From: Diplonema japonicum
Taxonomy: Eukaryota > Protista > Euglenozoa: Diplonemea
Direction: 5' to 3'
Assembly: GCA_964019335.1 (NCBI GenBank)
Contig: OZ025733.1
Span: forward strand, 310,001 to 374,000
Length of the DNA stretch: 64,000 bases
Translations under genes and position numbers: made by a program
Notes under the pieces: model-generated
What the model was told of the DNA's origin: nothing
Databases searched by the model: none
What the model saw: the letters and a program-made list of their open reading frames with translations, nothing else
In this document: positions 1 to 10,937 of the stretch, piece after piece
Numbering within the stretch: the first letter of the stretch is position 1
Layout of the letters: each line of letters starts with the position of its first letter

Positions 1-715
1 TGATTTCGCGGTGTGTTGTCTGACTTTGGAACGCAATTCAGCATTGTCTAAATTGTTCCCCCCCCTTTTTTTTTCCCTTTCATTTTTTATCGCTGTATTG
101 AGCATTAATAACATGTGACTCCATTCTGTCAAACCCCCCAAGACCCTAAAGATAAATATGTTCCAGAATTCGAGATTTAAAAAAAAAAAAAAAGAAAAAT
201 GTTATAAAATGAAATGGAACTACCTTGCTAGTTGATTGTGCAGTACCAAAATCGCGGCAGAAGAAGAAAAAAAAATTTTTTTTTTGACATTTTTTAATTA
301 TTTATTTTCTGGATTCCCTCTATGGGGATTTTTGGCTAGAGCTCGGGAAAATAAAAGTTAATTAGTTACTTTTTTTTTTCCCCCCCCCTCATTCTGAAAT
401 CAACAAATTTTTGGTTTGGTATTGTGCTGTGGTTGGTGCCCACCGTGGACGTTCGCCTTTCAGGCCAACTCGCAGCCGGTATTCTAAGTAGGGAGCTGTT
501 TGGGTGGACAGCAGTGCACCCAGGTTCCTCAGGTTCATTTTCAGCCGCATCCGCCAGAAAGCCCAAAGTAGTACTTAATAGTAGTTAGATGTCCTGTACA
601 AACAACAACGGACAGATTATCAGTCGCGGGAAATAAAGTCCACTTTATTTTTCATAAATCAACAGTTTTAAATATTTTTTAAGAAAGACGCTTCAAAAAA
701 AGAAAAGAAAGAGGG

Positions 716-746
<31 letters not shown>

Positions 747-817
747 ACAGTATCTTCTAGAGTCTAAACAATATACTGTAATTTCATCTTGCGGCGGGAA
801 AAAAAAAGAAGAAAAAA

Positions 818-863
<46 letters not shown>

Positions 864-1580
864 CGTTCTCGCTCGTTATATGAAATGCACCATCCAAAAT
901 TTTGGGGCTGGTTCTCTAGAAGGTAACTTTTTTCTCAAAATCCCAAATTCAAAGAAAGAATGAAACGAAAAAAAAATATATATATAAAAATCTTAGAATG
1001 TTGATTCTAAATTATTATTATTGTTATTTTTTTATTTTTTTTTGCGAAAGAAAAAAAGAAAGGAAACGAAAAAAAGAAAAGAAAAAAAACGTTTCACTTA
1101 TCACCGGGGAGGGGGAAGGGGGGTTTTTATTGATGAAGAGACAAACATCTAGTAAATTATCAAGAATTATGAAAGAATTATGGGAAAAAAAAAAAAGAAA
1201 AGAAGTGTTTGGGCAACATGGCGGCTTTTTTTACAAGTAAAATCCTCTTTTTTTTATTTAGGTATTAAAAAAAAAAAAAAAAAAAGATTTTTGTTAACCT
1301 TTTGACAGACGAAACGGGAACGAAGAAAAAATGAAGAAAGAAAAAAAAAAAGAAGAAGAACCTGAGGGAAATTAAGCTTCTATTTGTTGCCTGGCGGTTC
1401 AATTCTTTTCCTTCCCGCCCCTCCCCCTTTTTTTTTTCTCCCCCTTCTTCTTTCCCCTCTTATTTTTTTTTTTCTCTTTTTTTTTCTAAACATATATCGT
1501 GTGGCTCCCTGTCCTAGCTAAATGGTGTGAAACGTGAAAAACAAAGCAAAAAACCGGATCAAAAAAAAAAAAAAGAGATA

Positions 1581-1719
1581 CGGGCATAGTCCTATGGTTA
1601 ATTCGTAAGATACATTTTTTTTAAAAAAAAAAAAAGCCCCCCTCTTAGTTTACTTCCAAAGTTCCCCCCTCTTTATGTCGCAATTTTATTTGCCGATTAA
1701 CCCATAAAGGACTGCTGCC
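1581..1719. repeat. Back-to-back piggyBac-like terminal sequences (inverted pair)
   Basis: agtcctatggTTAA (1588-1601) and TTAAcccataaaggactgc (from 1697) are reverse-complement related and match the termini of the element at 60196-60625. Confidence 0.5.
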
Positions 1720-3078
1720 TTTGGCCAAAAAGAAAAAAAAAAAAAGAAGGAAAAAAAAATAATTTATCGTTAGGTCAGAATCTTGGTCTGAATCTATTCC
1801 GTGATGCGCCATTCCATCATGTCACTATTTTCAGAACGCAAAGATTTGGGGGTGTCGTTGATTTTTTTTTTTTTTTTGAATGACTTCATGAGTTCCCGGA
1901 ACCTCCTGTTAACCGGATTTGGTTTATTGTACCGTATAAATTATGTATTTTTCTTTTTTTTTTTTTTTGGAGTTCCCAACTTTACAAAAAAGAATTGCAG
2001 ACTGGAAGGAAAAAAAAAACCCCCCCGAAAAAAAAATTCGAACAGAAAAAGAAGAAGAAAAAAAAAAAAAACGGTCTGCGAGGTAGTTCTCCTTGTGACG
2101 TGACCTTGTGACGTGACAGTGTTGTGATAAAAAATGGTACTCATGTCCTGGGAGAGCTAAAAATAAAAGGAAAAGGGTACGTGCGAAACTGGGTTTTTAT
2201 GAGCATTCGAATTTTTTCGGGTTTTACTGTGATTCCTTAACCTGCCAGAAGGGGGGGGGGGACTTTTTTTTCTAATGAATAAAACTTAAATAAAAAAATA
2301 AAGTAAATAAAAGGGAAGGTTTTCCCGTCCCCCCCCCTTACATTTTTCCCCCCTCACTTTGTTTCCTTTTTTTTGTTTCAGATAAAAAAAAAGATTTTTT
2401 CGTTCTTTTATTCTCTCAGCTCTCTCCGTGCCGCCCCCCCCCCTTTTTTTTCTTTTATAACTGCCTTTGTGAAATCTCACTTTTTTTTTGTTGGGGGGAA
2501 AAAAAACAACCCCACCCCCACCCCCCCCACCCCCCCCCCCCCCCCAACTTCGAACACACAAGATAAAAGCGGAGGAAAAAAAAGGAGGAATGAAAAGAAG
2601 GGGGGAAAAAAAAAGACGAGAAAGAATCACAACGAAAATAGTGAATTTTGGAGTGGTTTTTTTTTTACCCCTCCTCTTGGTTTTGCTTTGAATGAAGTAA
2701 AATTGAGAGGAGAACTATAAAAAGAGAGAAGGAGTCAAGTAAGCAGCACCGAACAGTACTCTATAGAAAAAAAAAAAAGGAAAAAAAAAAAAATAGAATC
2801 GTTCAGTGGTGAATCTGGTACTGATGTCTCGACGCTGTGCTCAAAAGTTTAGTTTTAGAGATGTGTACCTTATTTGACCCCTTCTTCCTGTTCCCTTTCC
2901 CTTTCCCCTCCCCTTTTTTTTCCCGAACTTTTATTTCTTTCTCTCCCCGGCCCTCTCTCTCCATTGCCTGAAACAACTCTACCACTTAATATTTCCCCCC
3001 CTTTTTTTTTCCCCCGGGGATGAGAGTATTTTTAGAGACCAATGCAAAAAGTTATTTTTTTTTTTTTTTTTTTTTTTT

Positions 3079-3271
3079 GGCGACCCTTTCACATGCTGCA
3101 GATTCCCTTCAACGACATCTTTTTTTTTTTTTTTGTTGAACACCTTTTGACAAGCTTTGGAAATAAAATGTTTTTTTGCAAAAAAAAGAAAAAAAAAAAA
3201 AGAATAGAGGCAGCCTGTCTGTTTGATCCCCACTGTAGGATCAAACGGCTTGCTCAAACAGTTAGCCGACT
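3079..3271 (+). repeat. Dispersed structured repeat, copy 1
   Basis: 3201-3271 (gaggcagcctgtctgtttgatccccactgtaggatcaaacggcttgctcaaacag...gccgact) aligns with 8251-8322 and about 39927-40004; 3079-3120 aligns with 26414-26455. Confidence 0.7.
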
Positions 3272-3710
3272 TTTAGGTCTATGGCCGCAAAAAAGTTTTT
3301 TTTGGGAGTCTCTAAAAATACCCCCCCTTTTTTTAACGCTTTTTTTTTTTTTTTTTTTTTACTTTTTTCTTCAATAAACTATTAAAAACAATGAAAAAAG
3401 AGGGGGGGGGGGGGATATATAGTATATTGTTTGTTCCCTCTAGCAGTGCTTTGGAATGGCTTTTGGATACTTTCTCTGAATTTTAAAGAGCGCGTCACCA
3501 TGTTTCTGAAAAAGGCCAGGGCAAGGTGAACCGTGAAAATACTGTCGTAGAGTTCAAAAAAAAAAAAAAAAACTCAAACTCAAAAAAAAAACTATGACTA
3601 ACTACCCCCCCTCTTTTTTTTTCTCTTGTTTCAATTTTTTTTTTCCCCCCCTTACTTATTTGTTTCTTGGGAAATACCTCGGAAAATGCGTCCCCTTACT
3701 CCATTGCTTG

Positions 3711-3740
<30 letters not shown>

Positions 3741-3742
<2 letters not shown>

Positions 3743-4144
3743 TTTCACACTTCGTCATTTTCTTCACTCACTAGGGGCCTCATAATTTAACGCGAAACGG
3801 CCATAATTTAACGCGAAAAGCTCATAATTTAACGCGAAATCGCCATAATTTAACTAGTTAAATTATGAGATTTTCGCGTTAAATTATGGGGCTTCGGAGT
3901 GAAAAAATGGGTCTTGTCGTGGAAAAAAATGTACCCAACCCCTTGAAAAATTTTGGCCATCTGAGGCCATTCCAGCCCTTAAAAGTGGGAATAAGTGCTT
4001 TACTTCCCCTTTAAATGCCACGGCGAAATAGCTACCCCATATTACCTTAGGAAAATCCCCAAAAAGGCTGACATGCGTGAAAAAAAAAAAAACAGCAGTG
4101 AAAGCAGTGAAGAGTGAGTGACTCAAATGACGAAGAGTGAAATA
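3741..4144. mobile_element. Foldback/MITE-like element with ~32-bp terminal inverted repeats and internal palindromic 21-bp tandem array
   Basis: 3741-3772 vs 4113-4144 match at 28/32 as inverted repeats. cataatttaacgcgaaa units start at 3781, 3802, 3823 and 3844 (partial) and flip orientation at taactagtta (3851-3860). Confidence 0.65.
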
Positions 4145-4195
4145 AAACGACTTACTTGCCGCCAAATGAGCCATTATTTAACACTCGTTACCGTT

Positions 4196-4232
4196 TTTTT
4201 GCACGAGGGCCCGCAGGGCCCTCGTGCAAAAA
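4196..4232. repeat. Perfect 17-bp GC-rich hairpin
   Basis: tttttgcacgagggccc-gca-gggccctcgtgcaaaaa. Confidence 0.85.
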
Positions 4233-4368
4233 ATTCGGGAACTCGAGTTATAGCGACTCATAATTTGTTGGCAATAAATAGCTATTTTTTTTTTCCCCTC
4301 TCTTTCTCTTTTCTACTCTCTGCTTTCATGCAGCATAGACACATATCAGGAAAGGAGAACCAAGAAAA

Positions 4369-4743
4369 ATGCGGGTTATGCGTAAGAAGGATGTGAAACT
4401 CAGGGAGATCAAGAAAGTCAAAACAATGAAGACTGCTAAGAGCTCCTCTAAGAAACAGAAGGGAAAACGGGACTTAACGAACAGGGTGAAGAGTATCGGT
4501 AAAGGGTTGAAAGGGGCGAAGTCCGTTCGCACTGATGCCGCAGAAATGATCAGTAAGGCGTTAAATGACTTTTGCGAACGGCTGGTACTGAGGTCAGCTG
4601 ATGCCATGACGTTGGGGAAAAAAAGGACTCTCCGGTCGAAAGAAGTGATGTGCGCGTTTAAATCTCTCGCCGATGAAGACTACAATGACCAAGTCTTTCG
4701 TGAGATGGCTTTGGCAATAGGGGCGGCTGCGTCGCGCGAATGA
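4369..4743 (+). CDS. Divergent histone H2B-like protein
   Basis: Lys-rich N-tail, then AAEMISKALNDFCERLVLRSADAMTLGKKRTLRSKEVMCAFKSL, which aligns with the H2B core ([43 protein letters not shown]). Confidence 0.7.
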   Translation: MRVMRKKDVKLREIKKVKTMKTAKSSSKKQKGKRDLTNRVKSIGKGLKGAKSVRTDAAEMISKALNDFCERLVLRSADAMTLGKKRTLRSKEVMCAFKSLADEDYNDQVFREMALAIGAAASRE

Positions 4744-5354
4744 GGGGAGAGAAAAAAAAGGGTGGAGGGGAGCCATGCGCACACATTAAATATTTTCTTT
4801 ATCTCATTTTTTGTGCGCGTGCAGTTTTTTTTTCTTTTTTTTTTTGTCTCTGTGAATTAGTAATTTGAAAAAAAAGGGGGGGGGAGAGAGAGAGAGAGAG
4901 AGAAAGTGTATTGATTAATTTAAGGGGAGAACGTCTTTTTTAAACGCTTCTCTTTTTTTTTCCCCTTCAAATATTTATGGGTGACTCGTTTTTTTTTTTT
5001 TTTTTTTTTTTTCCTTCCGGCCCCTAAAAAAGTAAGGAAACGTTTTCGTTTTTTTTTCTTATTTTTAAATTCTCCAACATAGCCCTGGGGGGAGGGGGGT
5101 AATAGTGATATACCTGGAGGGGTGCTGTTGAAAGTTGGTCATCGCTATTTAAAAAAAAAAAGAAAACAAGCGCAACTCCCCCTGCGAAACGGATGATTAA
5201 CCCCCCCCCCCCCCCTCCCCACCCCACCCCACACGTTCTCCCTCTTTCTTCAACGTCTTTTTAGATTGGCGACCATCTTTTTTTCCCCCCCCCTCCTTTT
5301 TATCCCTTCTCCCCCTCCAAACCAGGTTTTTGGAGGAGAGAACAAAAAAAAAGA

Positions 5355-7010
5355 ATGGTAAAATGCCGCCACCTGCAGGCCCTCCTCCTGTCCGGTTTAA
5401 TCGCGTCTACAGTACTGTGGATGATGAATGCGGTCGCTATGACACACGGGGGCAGCGCCTCGGACCTCACGGAACGAACACCGAACACAAGAGAACACAG
5501 CGAAGGCGATTGGGAAAACTGGGTGAAATCACGGGTAGAAAACAACGTAAGAGACCTCAACACCCCGTGGGACGCGAAAATCAAAAAAACCCCGAAGGGC
5601 GGCACGCATTTCTGGTACGTAACAAACTGTGAAGGAGGGAAACGGGCCGCAGTACAAGGCTACACCCTAGACATCAGCTGGGAGACACACCACAACAACG
5701 ACGACACAAAGCTGACGAGGCTAGTCTCTGGGTGCCATCGCTCACACAAAGACCTACCTTACCTCAACACTACGGTGGTTTCCAAGGACGGTTTTTACGT
5801 GTACTTCACTCCAACACTCCTCGGCGATACTGGTTACACCCCTGGAAACCGACCTCAAGCAGCACTGTATTGGTTTTTAACAGCTGCTCTGAAGGAAGAT
5901 TATTTCGTAGCGATCGACTTAGATTTCATATTCGCAAAACCGTACCACCCACCAGTGTTGGATAAGTTTTCGGTAAGAGCACAGCCTTACAGGTATCTAG
6001 CAAACGGTAAGTGGGCAGATACTGTGAAGGAGAAGTGTCGAGGCGATGACAACAATGGTTACTGCAATGGGCTGGCGTACAGTAAGGATCTAGGCGTGGG
6101 TGTTCCTTACTCCGCTGGAAGGGGTACTTGGATACGTATCCTCCCTGTGTGGGACCGCCTTATTGAGCCGCTTCATGAGTCGCACCATCGGCAGGAAGAC
6201 GATATGATCGCTTTTGCATGGACGCTGGACTACTTGAACATCACCGTCTTCGCAGAGAACATCACCATGACGTACCCGGGGGAGGATCTTGGCATGTCTC
6301 CTACATTTTACCATTACGCGTACCCAGTAGCACCCATGGGCCATGGAGAGACAATCGGGTCCCCTTTCCCTTCCTTCACATCCCCCCACGATCTTGTTCA
6401 TTGGGAACATTCACATCACCGTTTGTTCTTAGAAACCGTGTACTTCTCAAAATGGGGTGTTCCTTATAGGTCGTTATTGGACTGTTCGGAGAGGGCTCTT
6501 TTGTTGGAATTCCCGCCGTCGGACTTTTTGCAGATCAGCTGGGCAAGGGAGCGGAATTGGTTTTTACAACATTCAACAGTCATCAAGGCGATGAACGCGG
6601 CGGTTCTGCGGTACAAACAGCTTCGGTGTCCCAAGTCCGACCTTGACATGGACAAGACGCTCAGGGTGTGGGACGCCCCACAGCGGGACACGGCCCCGGC
6701 ATACCGGTCTTCCTATGTCCTGCACACCTTGGAGGACGGGACTGTAACCTTCAAAAGAGCTCCTTGGACGCTTTTCAAGGGCTCCAAGATGGTGTTTAGC
6801 TTTGTGGTGGCAACGTACCCCACACACCTGACCTCCTTTACAGGGGAGGTGTCGTATCTGATTCTCCCAGTAGGGACAGGGGTCGTGGTGTCAGATGTCC
6901 GAGACAACAAAGCCCTTGTCTCGTCCCCTTACTACGGGTGGGTCCACATGACATCTTTGCGGAGTAACATGACTGATGCTTCTTACACTGTTTTTAGATC
7001 GCTTCTTTAA
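5355..7010 (+). CDS. Type II membrane glycosyltransferase, HPAT (GT95)/SERGT1 (GT96)-like, with C-terminal SH3b-like module
   Basis: N-terminal signal anchor; LTRLVSGC, GYTPGNRPQAALYW, YFVAIDLDFIFAKP (DxD), DDMIAFAW and FYHYAY resemble HPAT/SERGT motifs. Confidence 0.65.
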   Translation: MVKCRHLQALLLSGLIASTVLWMMNAVAMTHGGSASDLTERTPNTREHSEGDWENWVKSRVENNVRDLNTPWDAKIKKTPKGGTHFWYVTNCEGGKRAAVQGYTLDISWETHHNNDDTKLTRLVSGCHRSHKDLPYLNTTVVSKDGFYVYFTPTLLGDTGYTPGNRPQAALYWFLTAALKEDYFVAIDLDFIFAKPYHPPVLDKFSVRAQPYRYLANGKWADTVKEKCRGDDNNGYCNGLAYSKDLGVGVPYSAGRGTWIRILPVWDRLIEPLHESHHRQEDDMIAFAWTLDYLNITVFAENITMTYPGEDLGMSPTFYHYAYPVAPMGHGETIGSPFPSFTSPHDLVHWEHSHHRLFLETVYFSKWGVPYRSLLDCSERALLLEFPPSDFLQISWARERNWFLQHSTVIKAMNAAVLRYKQLRCPKSDLDMDKTLRVWDAPQRDTAPAYRSSYVLHTLEDGTVTFKRAPWTLFKGSKMVFSFVVATYPTHLTSFTGEVSYLILPVGTGVVVSDVRDNKALVSSPYYGWVHMTSLRSNMTDASYTVFRSLL

Positions 7011-7117
7011 TGTGCACACGCCTTTTTTTTTTCTTTTTTTTTTTTTTTTTTTTCTCGCGCTATAACTGTCTAGGGGGGGGGTGGGAGAGAGGGAGGAAGA
7101 GGGAGAGCGGGGGAAAG

Positions 7118-7864
7118 ATGGGGATGCTCCAGTCCGCGCACCGAAAAGGTTCTGAGATCTCGTTTGTCGAAGACTGCCAAGACTGTCGGGACGACAGGGA
7201 ACTTATAATATGCAGCGAGATGCGTGCGAATTTCCACAGTTTACCCGGGCCTCCTTGCAGGGTGAACATGGACGTAGATGTTCTGCTGAAAGAGGAAGGA
7301 ACACGGTTCCAGCTAGAGTTTGAAGGCTGCGTGCTTACAGACGAAATGAGAAGGTTCATGAGCCTGCTCCTGCACTGCGGCCGCAAGAGAAGGAGCTTCC
7401 CGACTTCTGACGCATTTGCCATCGTCTCATTTTTAGATTTCTCGGGGATGCAAGGTTTCGGCCCTAAACCTTTCTACTCCAGCAGGGTCAAGGTGATATT
7501 CTACACAGTCAGGTTGTTCGGTGTGGACAGAGAGACGAAAAATAAAGTTGAAAATCAACAATGGACCATTCATTGCAACCCAAATTTGCCTCGGCCTTCG
7601 AGAAGGAGGGAGGCCACAGATGTCCCGGTGGCTGCAAAGCAAGGTTTTGTCCACCCATCTTATGTGCTCTTGCCACTGAGGTCGTGGACTGATGGGTGGA
7701 AGCGTGCCCACCTAGAGGTATGAGGAGAAAAAAAAAAGGAAAAAAAAAAAAAAAAAAAAAAAAAAACCCAGTTGGAGCACCTTCCGATTTTTATCTCCGA
7801 TGGTAACAACCCTTTGATCCTCGTGAACCAGTACCAGCCTTTTAGCTTTCGGCCACGAAGGTGA
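7118..7864 (+). CDS. Hypothetical protein, 2 exons (7118-7717, 7772-7864)
   Basis: ORF is interrupted by a GTATGA...poly(A)...CCCAG intron (7718-7771); splicing gives ...AHLE|LEHLPIFISDG...RPRR*. Confidence 0.6.
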
Positions 7865-8200
7865 ATACAAGGAGGAGGGGGGGATAATTTATTTTAATGA
7901 TTTTGTCTGATTTTGTCTACATAAAAAAAAAAAAGAATTGGGAGGATAGAAGAAAAAAAAAGAAAAGTGATATTTTTTTAGCGCTTTTTCTTTTTTTATA
8001 AAGAAACGGGATTTGGACTTAATATGATGAAAAAAAATAAGGTAACCTAATTCTTTTTTTCAGGAAAGAAAAGTTCCAAATAAGTTTTTCTTTTTTCGAA
8101 ATCGAAAAAGAAAAGTTCCATAATTTTTATCCGTTTTCAAGCATTTTCCATATTGAGTCCAAACCCAGCATGAATATATTTTATTTTTTATTTTATTTTT

Positions 8201-8322
8201 TTTGCTGGAACAAGTAAACAAATTTTGAAAAGAATTGTTATTGCAAAAAAAGAGTAGAGGCAGCTTGCCCGTTTACCCCTACTGTAGGTGAAAACGGCTT
8301 GCACAAACAAGAAGCCGACTCT
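8201..8322 (+). repeat. Dispersed structured repeat, copy 2
   Basis: Aligns with 3201-3271 and 39875-40004, including the upstream gaattgttattgc.aaaa.gag. Confidence 0.7.
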
Positions 8323-8454
8323 TTTCCGTACTCCTCCCTTCTTAGTCTTTCTGATATGGTTCTTCTTCTTTTTTTTTATTTATTTTTCTTTTTTGTTTTA
8401 TCTGGCCGGTGAGCGCAAAAAAAATGCATACCTTACAAAAGAAATAGTTTCTTG

Positions 8455-8502
<48 letters not shown>

Positions 8503-8580
8503 CTCCTGTACCGGCTTTTAAAGGGGAAAGAAAAAAAAAGAAAAAGAAAAAAAAAACCCCCCCAAGGTACACACAAGAAA

Positions 8581-8829
8581 ATGGCGGCCCTGCCCAAAAA
8601 AAAACAAGTTTGCACCTTCAGTTTCCCCCGAATCAGCAGTTTGAAAGAATCCCGGAATGTTCACCAGATGGAACGGTATCTGACAGAGCGCCAAACAATT
8701 GTTTCGGGGCTGAAGAGGAAGTGTTCAAAGATGGCAGCTAGACAAGTTGAAGTTGCAAGAACGATGGCCTTAGCAATGCTGCTAAAGAGAGAATGGAAGC
8801 GAGGCACTTTGGCACAAAAGTTAAAATAA
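8581..8829 (+). CDS. Small basic helical hypothetical protein
   Basis: 82-aa ORF with an A-rich pre-ATG context like the other genes and almost no homopolymer content; no motif recognised. Confidence 0.4.
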   Translation: MAALPKKKQVCTFSFPRISSLKESRNVHQMERYLTERQTIVSGLKRKCSKMAARQVEVARTMALAMLLKREWKRGTLAQKLK

Positions 8830-8915
8830 TTTTTTTTTTTTAAATAAATACAAAAATTAATCCCCCCATTAAAGGATCGGGTGGGGGCCGGCGTAAAAAA
8901 AAAAGAGAAAAAAAA

Positions 8916-10410
8916 ATGGAATATTTGGAGGCCTGCACGAAGTACGGTGTGAAAAAGCCCCACCCAGAGGTAGCGAGGCTACTGCAGAAGAACAGTGAAG
9001 TGTTGGACCTCTCCCGGACATACGTGGGGAACAAGGGAATCCTCGCTCTTCTCGAAGCGATAAAGGACACACCGGGCCCGGTGTGCATATGTCTGAGGGG
9101 GCAGAATATCTACAACACAGACCTATGCGAGGGTACCGTTAAGGGGAACGAGATGCTGTCAAAGCTCGTGGAAGTTGCATCAAAACACCCATCGTTGACG
9201 GCAATTGACCTCTCTTCGAACCCGCTGTCAAACCTTGCAGGAAGGATGCTCCTGGACCTTGCGAACACCAACAAAAACATAACTCAACTAGACCTGGACA
9301 CAACGTACTTGGACCCGGTTCTGGAAAAACAAATACAAAACACGCTTTCAGCAAACTCCGCGAACAAACTAAAAGAAGCAAACGGCAACGACGATGAACA
9401 CAGCGATGACGATCCATTCACATGTGTTAAAACCGTTCACATCCAAGACAGGAGGGTCACCGACGTGGAAGCAAACACCATGAAAAAAATGGGGATGACA
9501 AAGGGACCAAGGAAAACGGTTGTAGCCTGTCGCGTGCATGAAGACGATGACTACGAACCCCCCGTTATCGAAAAATCACCCGAAGAAATAGAAACTCTAC
9601 AAGGCATTCTACGCAAACACGTTCTCTTCAGCCATTTAACGACAGACGTCATTGACAGATGCATCATGGCAATGTCGAAAATAGAATTCGAGCAGGGCGA
9701 CGAGCCTTGCGTTCAGGGTATCGAAGGAGACTCCCTTGTCATCATGCTGTCGGGAGAGGCAGAAGTCCTTAAGAACGACACCGTCGTTGCCACCAAGGAC
9801 CCTGTCAACGACATGATTTTTGGAGAGTTAGAGCTTATGTACAACCACCCTTGCGTGGCCACCATCAGGATCACCACACCAACAGCACTGACAATGTCCA
9901 TGGACCGGGAGGACTACCAGGTCCTTGTGCAGTCGTACGCCATCAAGCGGAGAAACCTCCACCTGGAGTATATCAAGAATGTTAAATTTATCGGGAGCCT
10001 CTCGCAGTCTGACATGGTGCAGCTTGCCGACGCATTAGAAACTGACGAATGGGAAGCAGGCGAAATGATTATATCCTACGGGCAGACAGGGAAATACATG
10101 TACATAGTTATCGAGGTATTTAATAATAAAAAAAAAAAGGGGAAAAAAAAATACCCAGGGTGAAGTTCAGGTTCTCGGCAGGAGGGATGACGAGGTCTTC
10201 GAGGTCTGCACCTTCTCCGAGGGGGACAACTTCGGTGAGCTAGAGTTCCTTAACAACCACAAGTGTGTGGCCGACGTGAAGGCTGTCACCCGTTGCAAGA
10301 CGGCAAAGATTAGTAAGGAAGATTTCGAGCACTGCCTCGGCCCCATCAGGGACCATCTGCAAAAAACCACAGAGGGTTCGGACTACGCGTACTATAGGGG
10401 CAGCGATAAG

Positions 10411-10416
<6 letters not shown>
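8916..10416 (+). CDS. PKAR: PKA regulatory subunit, euglenozoan LRR type (exons 8916-10115, 10159-10416)
   Basis: N-terminal LRRs (LDLSRTYVGNKG, IDLSSNPLSN); inhibitor-site-like PRKTV; two CNB domains (FGELELMYNHPCVATI, FGELEFLNNHKCVADV); C-terminal YAYY. A 43-nt intron (10116-10158) restores IVIE|GEVQV. Confidence 0.92.
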
Positions 10417-10446
<30 letters not shown>

Positions 10447-10906
10447 AGAGAGTTTGTACATTCCATAACTTTATTTTCAATTTTTAATTCTTCATTTGGC
10501 TGTCCCTATTTTCCAATAGGGCAAGAGAGGTGTGGGGAGAATCTATTTGCACATATCAGTTCATGTAGCTGTGTTCTTGCCCCCTAGGAAGGAGCTCGAA
10601 GACGTTGTGGAGAGGTCAAGTACACCATATGCTCTGAGGGACGATAAGCCGCACGAATCGTGAAAGGAGGGAGGCCAAGAGGCTGAGCTCAAAGTGGGGC
10701 TTTTGTCTTTTTTACTTTTGAGTCCCCACCAAGTGCTAATAGATTATGTATATGTGTCCAGAGGGGGGGAAAAGAAAAGGTTTGTTAACACAAACCCCCA
10801 GAAAGAAAAAAGAAGCGGAAAGAAAAGCGCAATGAAAACTTGCACTTTTTTTTTTTTGGTGGATGCTGGTCAGAAGGCTGCAAAGACCACCGAAGAAGGA
10901 ACCGCT

Positions 10907-10937
<31 letters not shown>

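Noticed and set aside
2751-2803. U3 snoRNA-like words (gtactct...agaatcgtt); also gggatcattt at 27786
   Set aside because: Split by an A-run or lacking boxes B/C/D in proper order; could equally be an orphan intron-like segment.
998-3785. Many poly-Lys/Phe/Pro/Gly ORFs here and in other spacers
   Set aside because: Translations of homopolymer runs, not genes; the same applies to N-terminal extensions of real ORFs (e.g. 21275, 40344, 43018).
3781-3888. CRISPR-like repeat array
   Set aside because: Units are separated by about 4 nt, not unique spacers; no cas genes; eukaryotic context.
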